IMG/VR virus record: IMGVR_UViG_3300017722_003044
DNA from: an uncultured virus (IMG/VR IMGVR_UViG_3300017722_003044)
Taxonomy: Duplodnaviria > Heunggongvirae > Uroviricota > Caudoviricetes
Length of the DNA stretch: 64,000 nt
Strand: one strand, 5' to 3'
Made by a program: the position numbers and the translations under genes. This document shows, one piece after another, positions 40,908 to 50,229 of the stretch; positions within the stretch are counted from its first letter, which is position 1; each line of letters begins with the position of its first letter. The notes under the pieces were generated by a model, which was not told where the DNA came from, did no database searches, and saw nothing but the letters and a program-made list of their open reading frames with translations.

Positions 40908-43900
40908 ATGGCTAAAAAACAGTTAAAAAATTTTATATTTGAACCAGGTATCGGCAAAGATGATGGGTTATATCCCAATGCCGCTGCATTAATTTTAGCC
41001 AACAAATCATTTTTACAACAACAGGTTGTAGCGTTTATCAATTATAATATTGCCAACAACATAGCACCCTATGTGGGTTATACCTATGCTTCACAAAAAT
41101 GTATCAGAGACGTGGGATATTTTATTGACGCAGTGGTGCATGATATAAGATATGGTGGCAATGTAAAATCACGTCAGGTAGCAGATTATTTTTGGATAGA
41201 CGGAGAACCTCAGATCCGAGGTGATGTGTCTCCTGAGACCACTGGGCAGGCCTATCTACGCAATATCATCAATCAATATATTCTCACTAAGATAGCTGTG
41301 TCTCCTAGTTATGGCAACACAACACCACAAATATTCCCAGCAGGCATTAGCACAGAAAGTGATGGACCAACTGCCAACACTGCATTGTGGAACATTTTCA
41401 GCACAGTGATCACCAATGGTCCCAGTGCAATACCAGCCAAAGTTCCTGGAGTATCTTCCATTAGACTGGCAGGACAAATTGATGTATCATCCATACTGTT
41501 GATTACTGATGTGGATACAGGTAATATTCTTTACAGCTTTGCTGATCCTCTCAACACTGTGAGAGTCACTTACAAACAAGGACGCAGCAGCGGTGACGGC
41601 AATTTGTTAAGTGATTTGGATTTTCCTACTTGGTGGCAGGTCAGTGATTCTATCACCACCATAGATTTGAGTGCAGACACCAGCACACTCACAGCTTCAG
41701 CTAATATACAATTTTTTGTGGAAGAAGCCAGCCAACAAATCAGACCTTGGGAATTTGGCACAGATGCTATAGAACGTATGCGTGTGGCATCACCACAGGC
41801 CATGTTAGATGCTGACTTTGAATATGGACTGCAGCCAACCAAATGGCAAGCACTGGGACTTTTGAGAATGTATCCTTCCACCTATGAGATACCTGGCAGT
41901 GATTTAACTGTACTCAGTTGTGTTACTGATGCATCTGTAAACACTGGATTTTTTGGAAGTTCGCTGATCACAGTGACAACCTCAGGTGTACATGGATTTC
42001 CTGTAGGGCAACCTATTTCAGTAAAAGGATTGAACAACACCGTGAACGGATTTGCCAGAGCAGAAGGATCTTTTTTAGTTTACAGTACACCCAGTTCTGT
42101 GAGTTTCTCATATTACGCCAGTGCCAAAGTTGGAACCACTAATGAAGAAAGTTTATTAACTTCTTTCATACAAATACGTCAAGCACAATTTTTCACAGGT
42201 GCTTCCATAGGTCAGCCCAGCTTTTCAGTGTTCACCAACGGCACAGCACTGGCCATAGTCACAGCGCTGGCAGCCACAGCAGGCGCCACTTCATTTGTTT
42301 ACACAGGCTCAGCTCCTACAGTGGGTTCTCCAGTCACAGGACCATCCACAATACCTGTGGGTACCAGCGTGTCAGGCACAGTGGGCGCGGCTTCGGTCAC
42401 AACCAATGTTTTATTGAACACTTTAACCACTGACACTCAAATAAGTTTGACTAACTTGTCAGGCATACAAACAGGCATGGCATTGGATGTGGGTGGTACT
42501 GCTTCCACTATCAACACCATAGCGGGCAGTCAATTATCTTTGAGCAATCAATTGAACGTGGCCTACAAAGGCAGAAATCACACCAACACTGCTGTGTCAG
42601 GTACACTGGTGGCTCCAGCGGGAGAATATGCAAGGTTTGATGTGTCTCGATCCGCTGGCACATACACATTGACATTGTCTGCTGCTGCATCACCCAACGC
42701 AATCAATTATCAAAAAGGTGATAGATTAAAAATATTAGGCACCAACTTAGGCGGTGCATCTCCTGCCAATGACGTCAACATTTTAGTCACTGCCACAGGC
42801 ACAGGCAATGACATCGATACATTCACATATTCAGGCACTTCAGTGCTGGGTGGTGCTACTTACAACAATGTAAATCAAACTTCTACTACTGGAACACCCG
42901 GAGGAACAGGATTCCAATTGAACGTGACCAGAACAGGCGGCACGGGCACATATTCAATCAGCAGCAGCGTGGCTGGACTAAACTACAGCGCAAGCGAACA
43001 ATTAACATTTTCAGGTGCCAATTTTGGTGGTGCATCTCCTGCCAATAACATTGTTATCATAGTCAACAGCACCACATCTGACGGTGGAGTATTGACATAC
43101 ACTGTCAGCGGCTCACCTGTGGGCGCATCAGGCAACGCAACTTACAGTTCAGTTTCTGCAGACAATGTTGCACACCTAGGCAGTGGAGCTGAGTTCAATA
43201 TTACTAGAAGCAGTGGTGTGTACACTGCTGCAATCAATAATGGTGGCACAGGATATGAAGAAGGCAATCAGATCACAGTATTAGGCACCAATCTCAATGG
43301 TGCAATTGCTAACAACGCCACAGTGATAATCACTGGCGTCGCAGCTGGAGTCATAAATGCGGTCACTGTGTCAGGAACAGGCTACGGAGGTGATTCAATC
43401 ACTGTTTATCCTACGATGTCTATCAGTGAACCCATCACAGGAAACATTCCTTTAGGTACTGCACTGAACGTGGGAGCTATTGCCACTTTCCAAGTAGATT
43501 TTCAAGCACCACATGGATTAGTGCCAGGAACCACTATATTGAGTCAGGTCACCTCACAACCAGCGCCAGAATTAGCATCAACAGCAAGAACTTTAACAGG
43601 TTCAGGAACTTGGGCAGTGGTTGGCTTTGGTGGTATATTTTCAGCAGTACGCAGTGGAGCCACTGCAACTCAACGTTCAACCAATGGACAACTTTGGGCG
43701 GCGGGTGGAGTAATGCCGTCAGCAGCCAATTGGAGTTCAGTAGCAGCAGGTAAGATTGGGGCCACAACATATTTTGTGGCAGTGTCCAATGGAAGCACCG
43801 CTGCTGCTTGGTCAGTCAACAGTGGCACAAGCTGGTCATCAGCCACTCTGCCTAGTGGAGCCAACTGGAGTGCAGTAACTTATGGCGACGGAAAATTTGT

Positions 43901-46900
43901 GGCAGTGTCCACTGGCAGCACAGCAGCAGCATACAGTATCGATGGTGGAGCCAACTGGGTGTCTGCTACACTGCCCGCCAGCGCCAACTGGACTGGTGTG
44001 TCTGCAGGATTAGTAGGAACCTCCATATATTTTATAGCAGTGGCTTCAGGTGGAACCAATGCTGCTTATTCACCAGACGGTGGGGCCACTTGGTTGGCCA
44101 CAGGAGCACTGCCAGCCAGTGCAAACTGGAGTGGAATTGCATACGGTAACAACAGGTTTGTAGCCATCAGTACAGGCAGCGCCAACGCAGCATTTTCTAT
44201 CAACGGCACCACTTGGACTCTTAGCACATTACCTTCAAGCAGCACTTGGAACAACATTATTTACGGTGATGATGTATTTTTAATTGCAGCCAAAAGCACA
44301 ACAGATGCATTAACATCATTCACAGGAGAAACAGGATCCTTCACTCCTAGAATTTTAAGCACATCATCCACTTGGGAATCACTGGCTTTCAGTTACTACA
44401 CAGGTCAAGGATTTGGAAGATTCGTTCTAACCAATGAAGCCACTACTGCTTTGGAGATTAATCTAACTTCAGCCAATCACCAACTGGGCACAGGGCCACA
44501 TGTGATATCTGCAGTGCCTAGTGCTGCTTCCATAAGATTCGTGGCTAGAACCACAGGTATTGTGAACACCACTGACAGTTCTGTTACTGGAATAGTTTAT
44601 GCCAGACCAGATTCATTTTTTGTACACAGACCTTTTGATGGTGGAGTGCAGTTAGGCACAGGTAATCCTAGTCATGGAGCACAAGCTATTAGACAGAGCA
44701 AAAAATATATCAGATATCAATCAGGCAAAGGCATCATGTACACCACTGGAGGATTATTTGCTCCCAGTTACAACTTGTCGGGAGCCACATCTAATGGCAC
44801 AGCAATAAACAGTTTAATCACCTTTGTGACAGATGACACAGACCACGGAGTGCAAGCAGGTGCTGTGGTAGAAACCAACGGCTTTGTAAGTTTTGAATAC
44901 AATGGTGAATTCACTGTGGAGAGTGTGATAGACGCTCGTAGATTCACTGCTAGATCAGCAGTTGTGCTTAGTGTAACCACAGCACAATTGGGCACTGATT
45001 GCAAAATGATTCTCAAACGTTGGCATGGTAGTTGTGTGCGCATCGGAGCTTTTGATGAGCAAAATGGAATATTCTATCAATATGATGGATATGAAATGGC
45101 AGTGGTACGCAGAAGCAGCACCAATCAATTGACTGGAGTTGTGGCTTGCAATGTGGACAGCAATTCAGTAGCTGGCACAGGCACAAGATTCCAAGATCAA
45201 TTAAAAGTTGGAGATAAAATTGTTATCAGAGGTATGAGTCATTTAGTCACACAGATTAATAGCCAGACACAGATGTTTGTGACTCCAGACTGGCGAGGTG
45301 CCAACAATATCACAGGAGCCAGAGTATGTATTACCGAAGAATTATATATTCCTTCAAGTCAATGGAATTTAGACAAATTAGATGGCACAGGACCCAGCGG
45401 ATATGACATATTGCCATGGCGCATGCAGATGTTGGGTATGCAGTATTCATGGTATGCAGCAGGATTTATTGAATGGATGTTGCGAGGCGCTGATGGTAAA
45501 TTTGTATTCTTACACAAGATAAGAAATTCCAATACCAACACTGAAGCTTACATGCGTACTGCAAACCTTCCTGTGAGATATGAAGTAGAAAATCGCACAG
45601 CAATATCTAAATTATACACAGCAATCAATGAATCAGTCACCACTGTAGAACTATTTGATGCCACTAGATTTCCAACCAATGGAGTGATTTATGTGGACAA
45701 TGAATTGATATCTTACAATGGAAAATCAGGTCGAACTTTGACAGGTTGTACCAGAGCAGCCACGTTCAGCTCATTCACAGCAGGTATTAACAGGGTTTAC
45801 TCAGCTGGATTTGCTACATCTCATTTAGTTAATGCTGGGGTCACGTTGATCAGTTGCACAGCCACTCCTACCATCAGTCACTGGGGATCAGCGCTGTTGA
45901 CAGACGGTATGTTTGATGAAGACCGAGGATACATTTTTAACTATGCTGCCACAGGTTTGAGTGTGAGCACTGCCAAACAAACAGCGTTCATGATCAGATT
46001 GGCTCCTTCAGTTTCCAACGCACTGGTGGGAGATTTGGGTGAGCGAGATTTATTGAACAGAGCACAATTGCTGTTGAATGAAGTGGCAATTACCACAGAC
46101 ACAGGTTCAGGCACGGTGGTAATCGAAGGAGTATTGAATCCAAGAAATTATCCTGCCAATCCTTCCAACATCACATGGACTGGCTTGGCCAGTTCTGCAG
46201 CAGGAGGGCAGCCCAGTTTTGCACAGATAGCATTGGGAGGTTCTATTAACTGGGGAGGCATACCAGGCACCACAACCACTGCCACCATACAAGGAGCATT
46301 AACTACCACCATCAATGCTGTAGGATTCACCACAGTCACACAAAACTTAACAGCCATTGCCAACTCTGGATTTAGAACGCGAGCGTTTCAAACCACCAAT
46401 AATGATTTTTTCATCACCAATGCGGCATATGATGCTATCACTGCTACTCCATTAAGAGTAGGGGATAGAATAGTGGTGGGCACTTTTGTCACTGCTGGAC
46501 AAAGCATATCCACCATCACTCGTGCTTATTTGGGATCTGGCTACACCAGAATTGTGATGAGCTCAAACGCCAATGCAACCAGTGCAGTTTCCACCAACGT
46601 CACTACACCAGTGCAAAACAGTATTTCAATAAATTATGCATCCTCAGTAGTGAACGGTAGACAAGATTTCTTAATTACTGACGCTGAAAACACTGCGCAA
46701 AATCTTGCACTAGGAGATACATTATCCGCAGCGTCATATATTGTGGTCAGTCAGACCATTGCCAATTTAACTCCTTCTTATGCCAGAGTAAATGGAGTGA
46801 ATTACACCAGAATAGTGATGAATACATCTGCTAATGCCACAATAGCAGTGAACACTAATCTTGCTGTGACTGTGACTGCATCAGGCACTGGAGCCAATTA

Positions 46901-47348
46901 CACAGGTAACTTTTTATTCTTTACTCAAGCCAGTTGGAACAACTCAGGAGCTGCCAATGGCACCAGGGTGGCCACTTCATACACTCAATTTCCAGCCAAC
47001 ACTTCTGTGAGTGCTGTGACCACTAGAAGATTAGGCACAGTGACAACCATTAGAGCCACGTTCACACAAACTTTGACCACATCGGTGTCAGCATCCACTA
47101 GTATAACTTTACAATTTGGTGATCCGCAGTTTGCACTGCCAGGTGAACAGGTGTTTGCGTTCTTGTGTCAACCAGGATCATTGAACACATTAAGTTTAGC
47201 TGAATTAAAAGAATTAACCACCACTGCCATAGGTGGCAGAGGCACATTCCCCAATGGTCCAGACGTGTTGGCTATCAATGTCTACAAGATATCAGGCGGA
47301 GCAGTGAATGGATCTATTGTGCTACGTTGGGGTGAGGCTCAGGCGTAA
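40908..47348 (+). CDS. Giant structural protein (2146 aa) with N-terminal C-x-R-D helical domain and propeller-like repeats
   Basis: Long ORF, T/G/S-rich, with W..V.YG..KFVAVS.GS..AAYS.DGG..W repeats and DADFEYGLQPTKW. Confidence 0.8.
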   Translation: MAKKQLKNFIFEPGIGKDDGLYPNAAALILANKSFLQQQVVAFINYNIANNIAPYVGYTYASQKCIRDVGYFIDAVVHDIRYGGNVKSRQVADYFWIDGEPQIRGDVSPETTGQAYLRNIINQYILTKIAVSPSYGNTTPQIFPAGISTESDGPTANTALWNIFSTVITNGPSAIPAKVPGVSSIRLAGQIDVSSILLITDVDTGNILYSFADPLNTVRVTYKQGRSSGDGNLLSDLDFPTWWQVSDSITTIDLSADTSTLTASANIQFFVEEASQQIRPWEFGTDAIERMRVASPQAMLDADFEYGLQPTKWQALGLLRMYPSTYEIPGSDLTVLSCVTDASVNTGFFGSSLITVTTSGVHGFPVGQPISVKGLNNTVNGFARAEGSFLVYSTPSSVSFSYYASAKVGTTNEESLLTSFIQIRQAQFFTGASIGQPSFSVFTNGTALAIVTALAATAGATSFVYTGSAPTVGSPVTGPSTIPVGTSVSGTVGAASVTTNVLLNTLTTDTQISLTNLSGIQTGMALDVGGTASTINTIAGSQLSLSNQLNVAYKGRNHTNTAVSGTLVAPAGEYARFDVSRSAGTYTLTLSAAASPNAINYQKGDRLKILGTNLGGASPANDVNILVTATGTGNDIDTFTYSGTSVLGGATYNNVNQTSTTGTPGGTGFQLNVTRTGGTGTYSISSSVAGLNYSASEQLTFSGANFGGASPANNIVIIVNSTTSDGGVLTYTVSGSPVGASGNATYSSVSADNVAHLGSGAEFNITRSSGVYTAAINNGGTGYEEGNQITVLGTNLNGAIANNATVIITGVAAGVINAVTVSGTGYGGDSITVYPTMSISEPITGNIPLGTALNVGAIATFQVDFQAPHGLVPGTTILSQVTSQPAPELASTARTLTGSGTWAVVGFGGIFSAVRSGATATQRSTNGQLWAAGGVMPSAANWSSVAAGKIGATTYFVAVSNGSTAAAWSVNSGTSWSSATLPSGANWSAVTYGDGKFVAVSTGSTAAAYSIDGGANWVSATLPASANWTGVSAGLVGTSIYFIAVASGGTNAAYSPDGGATWLATGALPASANWSGIAYGNNRFVAISTGSANAAFSINGTTWTLSTLPSSSTWNNIIYGDDVFLIAAKSTTDALTSFTGETGSFTPRILSTSSTWESLAFSYYTGQGFGRFVLTNEATTALEINLTSANHQLGTGPHVISAVPSAASIRFVARTTGIVNTTDSSVTGIVYARPDSFFVHRPFDGGVQLGTGNPSHGAQAIRQSKKYIRYQSGKGIMYTTGGLFAPSYNLSGATSNGTAINSLITFVTDDTDHGVQAGAVVETNGFVSFEYNGEFTVESVIDARRFTARSAVVLSVTTAQLGTDCKMILKRWHGSCVRIGAFDEQNGIFYQYDGYEMAVVRRSSTNQLTGVVACNVDSNSVAGTGTRFQDQLKVGDKIVIRGMSHLVTQINSQTQMFVTPDWRGANNITGARVCITEELYIPSSQWNLDKLDGTGPSGYDILPWRMQMLGMQYSWYAAGFIEWMLRGADGKFVFLHKIRNSNTNTEAYMRTANLPVRYEVENRTAISKLYTAINESVTTVELFDATRFPTNGVIYVDNELISYNGKSGRTLTGCTRAATFSSFTAGINRVYSAGFATSHLVNAGVTLISCTATPTISHWGSALLTDGMFDEDRGYIFNYAATGLSVSTAKQTAFMIRLAPSVSNALVGDLGERDLLNRAQLLLNEVAITTDTGSGTVVIEGVLNPRNYPANPSNITWTGLASSAAGGQPSFAQIALGGSINWGGIPGTTTTATIQGALTTTINAVGFTTVTQNLTAIANSGFRTRAFQTTNNDFFITNAAYDAITATPLRVGDRIVVGTFVTAGQSISTITRAYLGSGYTRIVMSSNANATSAVSTNVTTPVQNSISINYASSVVNGRQDFLITDAENTAQNLALGDTLSAASYIVVSQTIANLTPSYARVNGVNYTRIVMNTSANATIAVNTNLAVTVTASGTGANYTGNFLFFTQASWNNSGAANGTRVATSYTQFPANTSVSAVTTRRLGTVTTIRATFTQTLTTSVSASTSITLQFGDPQFALPGEQVFAFLCQPGSLNTLSLAELKELTTTAIGGRGTFPNGPDVLAINVYKISGGAVNGSIVLRWGEAQA

Positions 47349-47727
47349 TAACTTTTTGGCTGTCTCCAGGTACTATCCTATAATTGTCTTCCACACTGTC
47401 AGCGGTGCTAACTTCAGTGATAGAACTGTTGTCTACTAGTGCTTCCAGTTGATGAGGCTGCAATGGTGGATTTCTCCAAACCTGTCCTTCTGACAATTCT
47501 TTTTGATAAATCTTAGCATCTTTGCAGTCTATCCAACGCACTAGAAATTTTCCATTGTTTACAAACCACGACTCATCCTTGATCTTGTGAAAATGCAAAG
47601 AACACTTATTACCTGCTTTAGTAAACACCATTATTTTACCACAATACAGTTCATTGGTGGCCCATATTAATTCATAGCCCCAACCTTTGTCCACTTTGCC
47701 TTCAGGTCTAGTTACAGTCATGTTCAA
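47314..47727 (-). CDS. Cupin-fold sugar isomerase-like protein (mannose-6-P isomerase/lyxose isomerase type)
   Basis: V.KGWGYELIW, SLHFHK.KDESW.V..G, P...HQL.A, EVST.DS..DNYR. Start may be the second Met (47721). Confidence 0.75.
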   Translation of the reverse strand: MNMTVTRPEGKVDKGWGYELIWATNELYCGKIMVFTKAGNKCSLHFHKIKDESWFVNNGKFLVRWIDCKDAKIYQKELSEGQVWRNPPLQPHQLEALVDNSSITEVSTADSVEDNYRIVPGDSQKVITPEPHPNVAQ

Positions 47728-48535
47728 TGTATTTTTCTATGGTTTTATATTGGATGCTCACATGAGTATTTAAAAGAGTTGTATCGGCACAGGTATAAGT
47801 TTGATATTGATGAGTCAATATTTTAGGCATAGGCACAGTAACAACTTTAGCTTGGTATTTTTTTGCAACAATTTTGGCAATCTCGGCAAAACTTGTGGCT
47901 GATCCTGTGCCAACATTAAAAATTCCACTTACCTTTTTGTTTAACATTTGATGATGTATTTCACACACATCTGACACACAGATAAAATCTCTTAAATAAT
48001 TTTCACTTTCTTCAAAAATTGAAATTGTACCTTGTGTTTTAGCTTCATGAATAAATTTTGTAATAGGCGACGCTTGATTTTGTTTGTGTGTTTCCAAAGG
48101 TCCATACACGTTGAAATATCTAAATCCTTGAATGAGTGCATTAGGATTGTCTTTAATTATTGTATCCACTTCCCTATCAAACAAATATTTGCTCCAAGAA
48201 TATGCAGAATTAGGATTTTTATTGGAAGATTCAGAAAAATCTTTTGTGTTGCCATACACACTGGCTGAACTGGCATATTGCAAAGGAACTCCTGCACTGA
48301 TACATTTTTTTAGTAATTTCATACTGAAGTCATAATTCTGCAACATTATTTTTTCTATGTTAGTTTCTGTGGTACTACTGATAGCCCCCAAATGAATTAC
48401 TTGATTAAATCTTATTGTGTCTGGAAAAGTTTTACTATCATATTCATATCCTTCCACAGTGTAACCTTGCTGTGTGAGATACTGCATTAAATTTTGACCT
48501 ATGAAACCTTTGTGTCCTGTGATTAATATTTTCAT
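47708..48535 (-). CDS. hldD: ADP-L-glycero-D-manno-heptose 6-epimerase-like SDR
   Basis: ITG.KGFIG, HLGAISSTTE, YASSASVYG, Y.WSKYLFD, FRYFNVYGP.E.HK..QAS, RDFI.V.DV, GIFNVGTG, YQ.YT.AD. Confidence 0.85.
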   Translation of the reverse strand: MKILITGHKGFIGQNLMQYLTQQGYTVEGYEYDSKTFPDTIRFNQVIHLGAISSTTETNIEKIMLQNYDFSMKLLKKCISAGVPLQYASSASVYGNTKDFSESSNKNPNSAYSWSKYLFDREVDTIIKDNPNALIQGFRYFNVYGPLETHKQNQASPITKFIHEAKTQGTISIFEESENYLRDFICVSDVCEIHHQMLNKKVSGIFNVGTGSATSFAEIAKIVAKKYQAKVVTVPMPKILTHQYQTYTCADTTLLNTHVSIQYKTIEKYIEHDCN

Positions 48536-49782
48536 GATTGTAATTTATCTATGATATTAGTGGTGGAAAATCCTTCCACTGTGGGAAATATGATCACTTG
48601 TGCTAGTTCATTGCCCACTGTGGTGGACACTGTGTAATCTCCACCCTTGACAATGATATCTGGTTTAATTTGTTCTATGATTGTTTGTGGAGTGTCTTCT
48701 GCAAATATAACTACTTCGTCTACCCAAGGCAACATTTCTAATTGACGTTTTCTCACTATAATATCATTTATTGGTCTGCCTTCTCCTTTGAGTCTACTCA
48801 CACTAGCATCATCGTTAATGCCTACTATTAATTTTTTACCTTGATTCCTAGCAAATTTCAATAACTCTAAATGTCCTGTGTGCAATATATCAAACACTCC
48901 ATTGGTCCATACCACTCCTTTGTTTAAATCTTCTTTGCTAACAGATACTACTCCAAATTTTTCCACGTTGCGTGCAGCAGCATAACAAGCCAATTCGCAA
49001 GCACGTGGCACTGTCATACCTTGTTTTATTCCATATGCTATCACAGCCAGCACTGTGTCACCTGCTCCGGTAACATCTGCAACTTCTCTCACTGGTTCCT
49101 GCACGTGTGTATAAAATCCTTCTTTGGAAACTGTGTGAATGCCTTTGACTCCATCAGTGATGACCAACCATTGCCAGTTGTGTGTTTGGGCAAATTTTAC
49201 AGCTGAATCTTTATCAAACTGGCCATTCCACTGCTCATATTCTTTCATGTTGGGTTTTACTAAAAATGCTCCGTGATAGTAGTCTGCACTTTGTTTAGGA
49301 TCCACCAACACCCATTGAGTTTTTTCTAAAATATGTTTTACAGTGTGTGGTTTAATTACACCTTTGGCATAATCACTCACTAAAACCATACTTTTATCTG
49401 TGAGTGAAAATAACAACTGTGATAAGCAACTGTCTTTGGTGTATGTTTTTTCTTTGTCCCAACGCAATATGTGTTGTCCTCTTTGTTCCACCAATCTAAT
49501 TTTTGTGGTGGTAATTTCAGCATCTTCAGCTAAGGAAAGAAACACATTAGTGTTTTTTAAAATGTTTGTTAAACCATATCCGTCTGTATCTTTGCCCACT
49601 GCTCCAAACAATTGCACATCATCATATATTGATGACAAATTCACTGCCAAGTTAGCAGCGCCTCCTGGTGAAATCTTCTGTGATTGTTCCAACAGTATAG
49701 GAATAGGCGCTTCTGGCGACATGCGATCAGCAGTACCAATGATCCAACGATCCAGCATTATGTCACCAAGTATTTTGATCAT
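48532..49782 (-). CDS. hldE: Bifunctional heptose-7-phosphate kinase / heptose-1-phosphate adenylyltransferase
   Basis: GDIMLD, R.SPEAPIP, GGAANLA.N, SDYAKG, VDPK, DVTGAGDT (PfkB domain) fused to TNGVFDILH.GH...RLKGEGRPIN...KGGDY...STTNII. Confidence 0.92.
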   Translation of the reverse strand: MIKILGDIMLDRWIIGTADRMSPEAPIPILLEQSQKISPGGAANLAVNLSSIYDDVQLFGAVGKDTDGYGLTNILKNTNVFLSLAEDAEITTTKIRLVEQRGQHILRWDKEKTYTKDSCLSQLLFSLTDKSMVLVSDYAKGVIKPHTVKHILEKTQWVLVDPKQSADYYHGAFLVKPNMKEYEQWNGQFDKDSAVKFAQTHNWQWLVITDGVKGIHTVSKEGFYTHVQEPVREVADVTGAGDTVLAVIAYGIKQGMTVPRACELACYAAARNVEKFGVVSVSKEDLNKGVVWTNGVFDILHTGHLELLKFARNQGKKLIVGINDDASVSRLKGEGRPINDIIVRKRQLEMLPWVDEVVIFAEDTPQTIIEQIKPDIIVKGGDYTVSTTVGNELAQVIIFPTVEGFSTTNIIDKLQS

Positions 49783-50216
49783 TATAGGAATTTTAACATC
49801 TTAAAAACTGTTTCCAGTTTTAATTGATTGGTTCTGTTTTGTAGTGTGTTTCTTAATCCTTGATGCAAGGGTTTGGGCCATTTGCCAAATTGTACCCAAG
49901 CATATCCATCGTGCTCTTGATTGAGTTTGGGTAAAAATTCATTTTTGACCACGCACAAATATGTGTGATAAAGAAAATTTTCATCGTTGCTGACAAACGT
50001 TTCTAAAGGAATAGTTTTGAGTATTGAAACTGCTCCTATTTCTTCGCTGATTTCTCTTTTGAGAGACTCCCAAGGAGTTTCAGCTTCAGTATTGGTGCCA
50101 CCCACCAGTCCCCACACATTTGACTGTTTGCTTTGTGTTCTATGAAGGAATAGGAATCTTTGTGTGTCTAAATTATAGAATAAGGCTCCGCAGCCAATTA
50201 CTTTTTTATTGGTCAT
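49782..50216 (-). CDS. Nudix hydrolase
   Basis: Nudix box WGLVGG....ETPWESLKREISEEIG. Start reassigned to MTNKKVIG (50216), which removes the overlap with gp15. Confidence 0.85.
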   Translation of the reverse strand: MTNKKVIGCGALFYNLDTQRFLFLHRTQSKQSNVWGLVGGTNTEAETPWESLKREISEEIGAVSILKTIPLETFVSNDENFLYHTYLCVVKNEFLPKLNQEHDGYAWVQFGKWPKPLHQGLRNTLQNRTNQLKLETVFKMLKFL

Positions 50217-50229
50217 GTAAATAATTATG

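Noticed and set aside
47314..49782. Host LPS-locus contamination or prophage boundary
   Set aside because: The genes are tightly coupled to phage neck genes and overlap a phage structural gene. No host housekeeping context is present.
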